Shown here: one piece after another, positions 8,275 through 16,343 of the stretch | Position numbering within the stretch: the stretch's first letter is position 1 | Layout of the letters: each line of letters begins with the position of its first letter | From: Deltaproteobacteria bacterium | GTDB lineage: Bacteria; Myxococcota_A; Polyangia; Polyangiales; Houyiibacteriaceae | Reading direction: 5' to 3' | Assembly (NCBI GenBank): GCA_034670305.1 | Contig: JAXMNT010000029.1 | Span: forward strand, 1-64,000 | DNA length: 64,000 bases | Translations under genes and position numbers: made by a program | The notes under the pieces: generated by a model | What the model saw: the letters and a program-made list of their open reading frames with translations, nothing else | Told to the model about the DNA's origin: nothing | Database searches by the model: none

Positions 8275-11129
8275 CGGCTGGCTCCGGTCGTGGGATGTGC
8301 GGGATCGAGGGGTGCGCGCGGGCTCGCGTGTTGGAGACGCGCGTCGAGTGCGGCCTCGGAGAAGATTCGGAAGCCGAGACGCGGGTCGAACCCGTGGATC
8401 TCGGTGACGTCGAGGGCGGCGAGGTAGTCGAGGATCTCGGCGGTGATCACCTGGCCGGGCACGAGCACCGGAAAGCCAGGCGGGTAGGGCGTCACGAACG
8501 ACGCGGCCACCAGATCGCGCGTGTCGACGAAGGCGCGTGCGTCGTCGAGGCGGAGGTGTTCACACTGGGTCTCGTCGTAGGCGAGGAAGAACGCCGCGCG
8601 CAGGTCGCCTTCGGGGGTGTCGACGGTTGGGTCGGGCCGGAACGCATCGTGGAATCGGCTGAAGTCGGGCAGCGGCGGAAGGTCCACCGTCAGCGACTTC
8701 ACTTGCGAGGCGTGCAGCCGCAGCTCGGTCTCGCTTGCGCGCGTGAGCCGCGCGTCGAGCTCGGTCGCGATGGTGTGCAAGACCTTGAGCAGGTGCGCGA
8801 TCGTGCCGCGGGTCATGCCCACGTGCACCAGGAAGAGCAGCGTGTTGCGCGAGGTCTTGTTGATGTGGATGTCGAAGCGCTCCATCAACAGGTGCTTCAT
8901 CGTGTCGCCGTCCATCCCGGTCCGGCCGATGTGCACGGTCACCCGGGTCGGATCGAGCACCAGCTCGTCCTGTGCCCAGGCCGGTTCGATCGGCGCGAAG
9001 CCGGTGGTCTGGTCGTAGTAGGTCTCGAGCCCGCTCGGCCGGTACCTCTCGGGCACCATGGCGCCCGGTCCGAGGACCTCGAAGTAGCGCGAGGTGAGCT
9101 CGTCTTCTTTGATGCGCTCGCGCAAGCTCATGGCGAGTTCGATGCTCTGCGCGACGAACGCGTGCCCTTCGAGTTCGACCTGCCGGCGACCCACGTCGAG
9201 CGACGCCAGGATCTGGTAGTTCGGCGACGTCGAGGTGTGCGTCATGTACGCGTCGTGGAAGGGCTCGGCGACGCGCCGATCGAAGTCCTGATCGAACACG
9301 TGGATCATCGATCCTTGCCGGAGCGAGGTCAGCGTCTTGTGGGTCGAGTGCGTGGCGTAGACCCGCACGCTCGCCTTCTTCGGGTCCGGCATCAGCCGGT
9401 GGTCGAGCCAGGTCGCGTCGTCGTCTGGATCGAGCGCGGCCCGCTCGGACTGCCACGCGGCGTGTTCCTCGGCGTAGGCCGGGCTCGCCAGCCGTTCTTC
9501 GAGCCGGCGCGAGGCTTCCATCGCGGTGCGCCGGCGCAGCACGGGCGAGAACCGTCCGTAGGCGAACCACGCCTCGTCCCACACGAACGTAACGTGCGGT
9601 GCGATCGCGAGGACCTCTTCCATCACGCGGAGGGGGTCGTAGGTGATGCCGTCGAAGGTGAGGTTCGTGAGCAGAAGCACCCGCAGCCGATCCAGCTTGC
9701 CCGCCTTCTTCAGGCGCAGGAGCGCGCGCTTGATCACCCGCAGCGGCACGCCGCCGTACATGCTCAGTTCGCGCAGCGGGTAGCCATCCAGGTAGATGGG
9801 GTAGGCGCCCGACAAGATCACACCGTACGGGTGCGACTTGTGGCAGTCGTGGGCGAGCATGACGATGTCGGTCGGCCGCACGAGCGCCTGCATCACGATC
9901 TTGTTGGCGGTCGAGGTCCCGTTGGTGACGAAGAAGCTGTGGCGCGATCCAAACGCGCGCGCCGCGAACTCCTGCGCGTACTTCAACGAGCCGGTCGGCT
10001 GGTTCAGAGAGTCGAGCCCGCCGGTGGTCGCCGAGGTCTCCGCGAGGAAGATGTTCTCTCCGTAGAACTCCCCCATGTCGCGGATCCAATGCGACTTCGT
10101 GATCGTGCGCCCCCGAGAGATCGGCAGCGCATGGAACATGCCGGTCGGCTTCTGGCTGTACCGCCGAAGCGCATCGAAGAAGGGCGTCTCGTAGCGCGCG
10201 TGAATGCCCTTGAGCACACTCAAATGGGTGTCGAGCCAATCTTCGCCCCGGTAGTAGGTCCGGCGGAAGTGGCGTGTGACGAGTGGGCTGAGCTGTTCGA
10301 CCGGTGCGTTGGTCACCAGGTGCAGATCGATCTCGGGCCGCAACCCGGCGATCGCTCCGCCAAGCGTCAACGTTCGTTGTCCCGGCATCAACGCCGCGGC
10401 GTCTTCCGGCGACGCGTCGAGCACGGTGTAGATGGAGGCGAGCAGCGGCGGCTGCCACGCGGACTGGGTCGCGAACGAGTAGCGCAAGAGGCACGCCTGC
10501 ACGTCCGGGTTGAGCGCGGCCGCGATCAGCGCGTCTTCGTAGGTGCGCACCACCACGATCTCGTAGACGTACGCGTCCGTCGCGCGCCGGCAGGCCCGAA
10601 GCTCGCGCCGCAGCTGGGCTTCACCCTCGGCGTCGACGTCCGCGACGACCAGGAGCTCGAAGTAGGGCCGCGCATCCCGACCGGCGACGAACTGGGATTC
10701 TTCCCCGTCGGTGCCGAGCAGAAGCTCTGCGTAGTCCTCGACGCTGGTGAGCGTCAGGTCGAGGCCGCGGTAGGCGTCGCCGGTCCAGAAGCCCACGACG
10801 CGGGCCGTCTGCGCTGCGAGCGCGGCGCGGTCCTCGCTGTCGAACGTCGCGCGCAACCGCTCGAGCACGGTCGCTCCAGGAAACGCGAAGTAGAGCTCCA
10901 ACGGTTCGAGGAACTCGAACGCCGCGCGGATGGCGCCCGCGAGACGCGTCGCCTCTTCGGTGTCCGCGTCGACCCGCGCAAGCCGTCGCGCCGCATCGCG
11001 CAGGCGGCTCCAAGTGTCGGTGCGCAGACGCTGCGCGTTGTAGAGCGTCGCGCACGCGACAGGCGCCGACTCGACGTCGGTGGCCGCCTGGCGTGGGGTG
11101 CCGTTGGCGGTCGAATCGTGGGAGGTCAT
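8271..11129 (-). CDS. PLP-dependent Orn/Lys/Arg decarboxylase, large form with N-terminal extension
   Basis: GLDSL..PTG, FFVTNGTSTANKIV, CHKSH, DEAWFAY, HSTHKTL (PLP Lys), HTSTSPNY and PYPPGFPVLVPG. ATG 11129 overlaps the upstream stop. Confidence 0.9.
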   Translation of the reverse strand: MTSHDSTANGTPRQAATDVESAPVACATLYNAQRLRTDTWSRLRDAARRLARVDADTEEATRLAGAIRAAFEFLEPLELYFAFPGATVLERLRATFDSEDRAALAAQTARVVGFWTGDAYRGLDLTLTSVEDYAELLLGTDGEESQFVAGRDARPYFELLVVADVDAEGEAQLRRELRACRRATDAYVYEIVVVRTYEDALIAAALNPDVQACLLRYSFATQSAWQPPLLASIYTVLDASPEDAAALMPGQRTLTLGGAIAGLRPEIDLHLVTNAPVEQLSPLVTRHFRRTYYRGEDWLDTHLSVLKGIHARYETPFFDALRRYSQKPTGMFHALPISRGRTITKSHWIRDMGEFYGENIFLAETSATTGGLDSLNQPTGSLKYAQEFAARAFGSRHSFFVTNGTSTANKIVMQALVRPTDIVMLAHDCHKSHPYGVILSGAYPIYLDGYPLRELSMYGGVPLRVIKRALLRLKKAGKLDRLRVLLLTNLTFDGITYDPLRVMEEVLAIAPHVTFVWDEAWFAYGRFSPVLRRRTAMEASRRLEERLASPAYAEEHAAWQSERAALDPDDDATWLDHRLMPDPKKASVRVYATHSTHKTLTSLRQGSMIHVFDQDFDRRVAEPFHDAYMTHTSTSPNYQILASLDVGRRQVELEGHAFVAQSIELAMSLRERIKEDELTSRYFEVLGPGAMVPERYRPSGLETYYDQTTGFAPIEPAWAQDELVLDPTRVTVHIGRTGMDGDTMKHLLMERFDIHINKTSRNTLLFLVHVGMTRGTIAHLLKVLHTIATELDARLTRASETELRLHASQVKSLTVDLPPLPDFSRFHDAFRPDPTVDTPEGDLRAAFFLAYDETQCEHLRLDDARAFVDTRDLVAASFVTPYPPGFPVLVPGQVITAEILDYLAALDVTEIHGFDPRLGFRIFSEAALDARLQHASPRAPLDPAHPTTGASR

Positions 11130-11989
11130 TGCCGGCCTTTGTGTCGCCCCGGCTTCGTCAACGGTCCGAGCGTGGAGAGGTACGCGCGCTCTTTCGAGTC
11201 GCGCATGCCGACCTGAAAGTCGATCGGTGCATCGCGAAAACTCTTCAGTGGTTGTCCGAGGTTTCGCAGGCCGCGCTCGCGACCACGCGCGACCCGGTCG
11301 AGATCGATTTCGATCGGGATGATCTCTTCGGTCGGGCCCGCCTGGTGCAGCACCTCTCCGGCTGGGCCGCATACGATCGAGTGGCCGACGCCGCCGGCGC
11401 CGAGCCCGTTGATGTCGAAGAAGAAGCACTGGTTGGTCGCCGCCGAGGCGCGCGCGATCGAGAGCTCGACGTCGCGGTCGATCGTGCCGGTCAGCGACGG
11501 GTGCAAGATCACTTCGGCGCCCGCACACGCGAGGGTCCGCGTGGTCTCCGGCATCCACATGTCGTAACAGATGGAGACGCCGAACTTTCCGACGTTGGGC
11601 ACGTCGAACGTCACGAACTCCGTGCCCGGCTCGACGCCTTCTTCGTAGGGCATGAACGGGAACATCTTGCGGTAGCGCGCCACGACCTCGCCGTGCGGAT
11701 CGAACACCGAGCAGGTGTTGTAGACCTTGTCGCCCTCGCGCTCGAAGACCGATCCGTTGACCACCCAGATCTTGTGGTGGGCGGCCATCTCGGCGAACGC
11801 CTGCTGCGCTTTGTCGGCGGCTTCGGCGTGCTTCAGCGCTGGACCGAAGGCCGCCAGTTCGCTGAACACCACCATGTCGACCCATGGAAAGAGCATCACC
11901 GCGTGGTCCACGCGCGCACGGAGGTAGGGCAGGTTCTCGCGCAGGCCGGACGTACCGAGCTGCAGACCTGCGATCGCGAAGGGTCTCAT
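11126..11989 (-). CDS. Carbon-nitrogen hydrolase (nitrilase superfamily amidase)
   Basis: E-K-C triad motifs VFSEL, YRKMFP and ICYDMWMPE; ATGA overlaps at both ends. Confidence 0.9.
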   Translation of the reverse strand: MRPFAIAGLQLGTSGLRENLPYLRARVDHAVMLFPWVDMVVFSELAAFGPALKHAEAADKAQQAFAEMAAHHKIWVVNGSVFEREGDKVYNTCSVFDPHGEVVARYRKMFPFMPYEEGVEPGTEFVTFDVPNVGKFGVSICYDMWMPETTRTLACAGAEVILHPSLTGTIDRDVELSIARASAATNQCFFFDINGLGAGGVGHSIVCGPAGEVLHQAGPTEEIIPIEIDLDRVARGRERGLRNLGQPLKSFRDAPIDFQVGMRDSKERAYLSTLGPLTKPGRHKGRQ

Positions 11990-13341
11990 GAAGGAAGTTC
12001 CTTGCTGGCTTCCGCCAGCGCGTCTGAAAGGGCATCGAGCGCGACGTCGAGGTCGGCGTCGGAGATCACGAGGGGCGGGAGCACCCGGAGGACGTTGCCC
12101 TCCACCCCTGCGCCGAGAACCAGCACGCCGCGCTCCAAACACTTCGCGGCGATGGCCTTGGCGAGTTCGGGCGCGGGGCGTCGAGGGTCGCCATCGAAGC
12201 TGAGCTCCATGCCCATCATCGCGCCGAGCCCCCGCACGTCGCCCACATGCGGGGACGACGCGGCCATGGAGAGGAGGCGTTCTCGGATGCGTGCACCGAG
12301 CGCCGCGGCGCGGGCGCACAGGTCGTCGCGCTCCATCACGCGCAACGTCGCGAGCGCCGCGGCGCACGAAACGGGGTTGCCGCCGAAAGTGCCGCCGATG
12401 GTGCCCGGCACCGCGGCTTGCATGACTTCGTCTTTGCCAACGACGGCGCCGATCGGCAGGCCGCCGCCGAGCGCTTTGGCCCAGGTCGAGAGATCCGGCA
12501 CGACGCCGGCGTGTTCGTACGCGGCCCATCGGCCGGTGCGGCACAACCCGCTCTGCACTTCGTCCGCGATCAGCAGGATGCCGTGTTCGTCACAGATCGC
12601 GCGCAGCCCCTGCAGGTACGCCGCGGGTGCGGGCACGATGCCGCCTTCTCCGAGCACCGGTTCGATCAGGATCGCCGCGAGTTGTTCGGGCGCCACCCGG
12701 TTCGTCAGCGCTTCCCGCAAAGCTGCCAGCGCCTGTTCCACGAACACCGCTTCGTCCGCGACGCCTGCGTGGTACCGGTGCGGGTAGTCGACTCGGTAGA
12801 CCTCGGGCGCGAACGGACCGCAGCCACGCTTGTACGCGACCTTCGAGGTGAGGGTCATGCCGAGCAACGTGCGGCCGTGGAACGCGCCGGTGAAACACAG
12901 CACCCCCGCGCGACCGGTCGCTTGCCGCGCGATCTTGACCGCGTTCTCCACCGCTTCGGCGCCGGAGTTCACGAGCATCGCGCGCGTCGGCCCGCCGTGC
13001 GGCAGCAGCTCGGCCAGGCGCTCGCACACCGCGACGTACGGCTCGTAGCTCGCGACGTGCATGCACACGTGCAGCAGCGCGCCCGCCTGTTGGCGGATGG
13101 CTTCGACCACCTCGGGGTGTCCATGCCCAACGCTCATCACACCGATGCCCGCAGCGAGATCGATGATGGAGCGTCCGTCCGCGTCGACGAGCCGGGCGCC
13201 GCTGGCCGAGCGGATGTCGAGCGTGGTCGCGCGCGGCACCCCTTGCGCGACCACCGCGGTGCGCCGATCCACGAGCCCGGTGTGTGCGGTGCTGGCCTCG
13301 ACAGTCGCAGTGCTGGCTGTGGGAATCGCAGGGGTGGTCAC
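11986..13341 (-). CDS. gabT: 4-aminobutyrate aminotransferase (class III PLP aminotransferase)
   Basis: DLAAGIGV, NSGAEAVENAVKIAR, FHGRT, IEPVLGEGG, ADEVQSGLCRTG, AKALGGGLP and GGTFGGNP; clustered with gabD and puuR. Confidence 0.85.
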   Translation of the reverse strand: MTTPAIPTASTATVEASTAHTGLVDRRTAVVAQGVPRATTLDIRSASGARLVDADGRSIIDLAAGIGVMSVGHGHPEVVEAIRQQAGALLHVCMHVASYEPYVAVCERLAELLPHGGPTRAMLVNSGAEAVENAVKIARQATGRAGVLCFTGAFHGRTLLGMTLTSKVAYKRGCGPFAPEVYRVDYPHRYHAGVADEAVFVEQALAALREALTNRVAPEQLAAILIEPVLGEGGIVPAPAAYLQGLRAICDEHGILLIADEVQSGLCRTGRWAAYEHAGVVPDLSTWAKALGGGLPIGAVVGKDEVMQAAVPGTIGGTFGGNPVSCAAALATLRVMERDDLCARAAALGARIRERLLSMAASSPHVGDVRGLGAMMGMELSFDGDPRRPAPELAKAIAAKCLERGVLVLGAGVEGNVLRVLPPLVISDADLDVALDALSDALAEASKELPS

Positions 13342-13358
13342 GCGAGACCGCGCGAGTT

Positions 13359-13374
13359 GGTCAACATCATGAAC
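13359..13374. promoter_or_regulatory. Candidate PuuR-type operator, site 1 (GGTCAACATCATGAAC)
   Basis: Imperfect palindrome 17 bp upstream of the gabT start; 12/16 identical to site 2; lies in the AT-rich divergent promoter region. Confidence 0.55.
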
Positions 13375-13432
13375 GCGACCTCCGGGTCATTTTCACTTTT
13401 CACAAAAAGCTCTTACCATATTTCCAATCATC

Positions 13433-13448
13433 GTTCAAGATATTGAAC
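13433..13448. promoter_or_regulatory. Candidate PuuR-type operator, site 2 (GTTCAA-GATA-TTGAAC)
   Basis: Perfect 6-4-6 inverted repeat ending 2 bp before the regulator ATG. Confidence 0.65.
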
Positions 13449-13450
13449 AC

Positions 13451-14023
13451 ATGGATGGAACAGACAGCGGACCCGAAGAAGACGATGTGGGCGTGCGATT
13501 GCGCGCGCTCCGTACCTCCTACGGCATGAGCCAGCGCGAGCTCGCCCGGCGCACGGGGGTTCCGAACGGGACCATCTCGATGATCGAGAAAGGCCGCGTC
13601 AGCCCGTCGATCGCCTCGCTGAAGCGGATCGCTGCGGGGTTGTCCATGTCGCTCGCCGAGTTCTTCTCGGTCGAAGCCCAGCCCGAGGCGGATGTCTTCT
13701 TCGACGCCTCCGAGCTCGAGGAGATCGGGGGCGGCAAGGTGTCGCTGCGCGCGGTCGGCCGCACCGGAGACGGCGGGCAGCTCCAGCTCCTGCACGAACG
13801 CTATGAGCCAGGCGGCGACACCGGCGCCGAGATGCTCACCCACATCGGCGAAGAGGCCGGGGTCGTCGTGTCCGGCGAGATCGAGATCACCGTCGCCGGC
13901 ATGACGCGCGTCCTTCGCGCCGGCGATGCGTACCGCTTCGACAGCCGCCTCCCCCACCGCTTCCGCAACGTGTCCGACGAACTCTGCGAGCTCGTCAGCG
14001 CGTGCACCCCTCCCACCTTTTGA
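13451..14023 (+). CDS. puuR: XRE-HTH plus cupin transcriptional regulator (PuuR/PauR type)
   Basis: SQRELARRTGVPNGTISMIE...SPSIASL HTH; cupin H.GEE.G.V..G; C-terminal FDSRLPHRFRN...SACTPPTF as in PuuR. Confidence 0.8.
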   Translation: MDGTDSGPEEDDVGVRLRALRTSYGMSQRELARRTGVPNGTISMIEKGRVSPSIASLKRIAAGLSMSLAEFFSVEAQPEADVFFDASELEEIGGGKVSLRAVGRTGDGGQLQLLHERYEPGGDTGAEMLTHIGEEAGVVVSGEIEITVAGMTRVLRAGDAYRFDSRLPHRFRNVSDELCELVSACTPPTF

Positions 14024-14033
14024 GACGCCTTCC

Positions 14034-15539
14034 ATGACCGACCGACACACCTTCTTCTCTCCATTGCTCGACCGCCTTGGGGGGTACGTCGACGGAGCGT
14101 GGATCCTCGCCACGGACACGGTGTCGAAAGGGAAGCAGCGCCCCACCTTCCGCGTCACCGACCCGGCCACCGGCGCGCTGCTGGCCGAGCTGCCCGAACT
14201 CGGCGCCGGGGAGACCACCGCCGGCGTCGAAGCCGCGCGCAGGGCGATGACCACCACGCCACCGATCGCACGGCGCCGCGCCTGGCTCGAGAAGATCGTC
14301 TCGTTGCTCGAAGCGAACGCCGACGAGCTCGCCCGCATCGTCACCGCCGAAAACGGCAAACCCCTCGCGGAAGCGCGCGGCGAAGTCATGTACGCCGCCG
14401 GCTTCTACGCCCAGGCCGCCGCCGACATCGAACACCTCCAGCCGCACGTCGTCGACGGCCAGCCCCGCGGTTCCCAAGGCCAACACCGCGGCCACACCTG
14501 GACCGTGTACCACCGGCCCGCCGGCGTCGCCGCGCTCATCACCCCGTGGAACTTCCCCCTCGCGATGCTCGCCAAGAAGCTCGCCGGCGCGATCGCCGGC
14601 GGCTGCGCCGTCGTCGTGAAGCCGGCCGAGATCACCCCGCTCAGCTGCATCGCGTTCTTCCGGTTGCTCGAGCAAGTCGACCTGCCGAAGGGCTTCGTGA
14701 ACCTCGTGTTCGGAGACGTCGTCCCGATCGGCGAAGTGCTCTGCACCCATCCCGCCGTGCGCGTCCTCAGCTTCACCGGCTCGACCCCCGTCGGCCGCTT
14801 GCTCGCCGCACAGTGCGCCCCGCACCTCAAGCGCCTCTCGCTCGAGCTCGGCGGCAACGCCCCCTTCCTCGTCTTCGAAGACGCCGACCTCGACGACGCC
14901 GTCGAGCGCCTCCTCGCCAACAAGTTCCGCGCCGCCGGCCAGACCTGCGTCTGCACCAACCGCGTCCTCGTGCACACGTCGGTCGCCGACGCCTTCGCCA
15001 CCAAACTCGGCGCCCGCGTCTCGAAACTCGTCGCCGGCCCCGGCACCGAAAAGGGCGTCGACCTCGGCCCCCTCATCGACGGCCGCGGCTGGGACAAAGT
15101 CCGAGCACACCTCCAAGACGCCCTCGACCTCGGAGCCAAGATCGTCAGCGGCGAAGTCCCCGAGGCGCGCCCCACCGAAGCCGAAGGCTGGTTCTTCCGC
15201 CCCGTCGTCCTGCGCGACGTCCCCGCCGAAGCCCGCTGCATGAACGAAGAGACCTTCGGCCCCCTCGTCCCCATCCGCACCTTCGAGACCGAAGCCGAAG
15301 CCCTCGAGATCGCGAACGGCGTCGAAGCCGGCCTCGCCGCCTACGTCTTCACCAAAGACCCCGCCCGCGGCGCCCGGGTCGTCGCCGGATTGAGGTACGG
15401 CCACGTAGGCCTGAACACCGCCACCGGCCCCACCCCCGAAGCCCCCTTCGGAGGCATGGGCGCCAGCGGCTACGGCCGAGAAGGCGGGGTGGAAGGGCTG
15501 ATGGAATACACAGAAGCCCAGACCGTCCCGACGCCGTAG
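14034..15539 (+). CDS. gabD: NAD(P)-dependent succinate-semialdehyde dehydrogenase
   Basis: ITPWNFP, KPAE.TP, SFTGSTPVG, LELGGNAPF, AGQTCVC, EETFGP and APFGG motifs. Confidence 0.85.
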   Translation: MTDRHTFFSPLLDRLGGYVDGAWILATDTVSKGKQRPTFRVTDPATGALLAELPELGAGETTAGVEAARRAMTTTPPIARRRAWLEKIVSLLEANADELARIVTAENGKPLAEARGEVMYAAGFYAQAAADIEHLQPHVVDGQPRGSQGQHRGHTWTVYHRPAGVAALITPWNFPLAMLAKKLAGAIAGGCAVVVKPAEITPLSCIAFFRLLEQVDLPKGFVNLVFGDVVPIGEVLCTHPAVRVLSFTGSTPVGRLLAAQCAPHLKRLSLELGGNAPFLVFEDADLDDAVERLLANKFRAAGQTCVCTNRVLVHTSVADAFATKLGARVSKLVAGPGTEKGVDLGPLIDGRGWDKVRAHLQDALDLGAKIVSGEVPEARPTEAEGWFFRPVVLRDVPAEARCMNEETFGPLVPIRTFETEAEALEIANGVEAGLAAYVFTKDPARGARVVAGLRYGHVGLNTATGPTPEAPFGGMGASGYGREGGVEGLMEYTEAQTVPTP

Positions 15540-15548
15540 CCCGGCTGT

Positions 15549-16325
15549 TCACTCGGTCTCGTCCTCTAGTTCCAGTTGGAACAGCCGCGCCAACCGCGTC
15601 GCGCCCACGGCCCCGATCCCCGGCACGGCTTTGACCTGTGCGGCATCGGCTGCGAACAACCGAGCCAGTGACCCGAAGTGCGCGAGCAACGCAGACGCGC
15701 GTTTCATTCCGACGCCCGGAAGTTGAGCGACGACCTGGGCACCAGGGTGGCGGTGCTTCGCGCGGGGCTTTGACCGCAGCCTCAAGCGGGAGTCCTTCGC
15801 GCCGATCCGTTCACCCATGCGACGCAGCAGCCACAGAAATGCTTCGGCCGATGGCACGTGAATCGTCGGCACCCCGTACGACAGCGCCAGCGTCAGCTCG
15901 GCCCCAAGTCGCGAAGACACGCTCAGCCCACTCGCTCGGGACTCCGAGTGCTCCACGATCAGCAGCGGAACGTACTGTCCGCGCGCGGCCCTCATCCGCC
16001 ACGCCTGACGCCACAGTCGGCCGTCGGCGAGGCTGTTGGTGAAGTCGGTCACGCTCTTGCGCTCCACCAGAAACCGGTCTTCGACGATGTAGTCACCGAC
16101 CGGCAGCGACTTCATCTCGAGAGCAACCGCTGGATCCTCGAACAGCAACTTCCACAGCGTCGAGTTTCTCTCTCCGACATCGACGACCACGCGCACGGGT
16201 GGTTGTCGCAGTGGACGCAGGACAGTTGCGGCACGTTTGCCCAGCTGGCGCCGGACATCCGATTGGTCCGCGCGACAGACTGACCAAGGTTCAAAGGTCT
16301 GCAGCGCTGCGCGCAGGACAGACAC
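15549..16325 (-). CDS. ERCC4/XPF-type nuclease with tandem helix-hairpin-helix domains
   Basis: VVDVGE, LPVGDYIV and VERKSVTDF..SLADGRL..Q ERCC4 core; LPGVG.KRA and VPGIG..GA HhH motifs. Start uncertain. Confidence 0.85.
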   Translation of the reverse strand: MSVLRAALQTFEPWSVCRADQSDVRRQLGKRAATVLRPLRQPPVRVVVDVGERNSTLWKLLFEDPAVALEMKSLPVGDYIVEDRFLVERKSVTDFTNSLADGRLWRQAWRMRAARGQYVPLLIVEHSESRASGLSVSSRLGAELTLALSYGVPTIHVPSAEAFLWLLRRMGERIGAKDSRLRLRSKPRAKHRHPGAQVVAQLPGVGMKRASALLAHFGSLARLFAADAAQVKAVPGIGAVGATRLARLFQLELEDETE

Positions 16326-16343
16326 TTGTTCGTCGAGCCGCAG

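Noticed and set aside
11130-12035. N-terminal extension of the 1254-aa decarboxylase ORF
   Set aside because: It overlaps the C-N hydrolase in another frame; the ATGA overlap supports a start at 11129.
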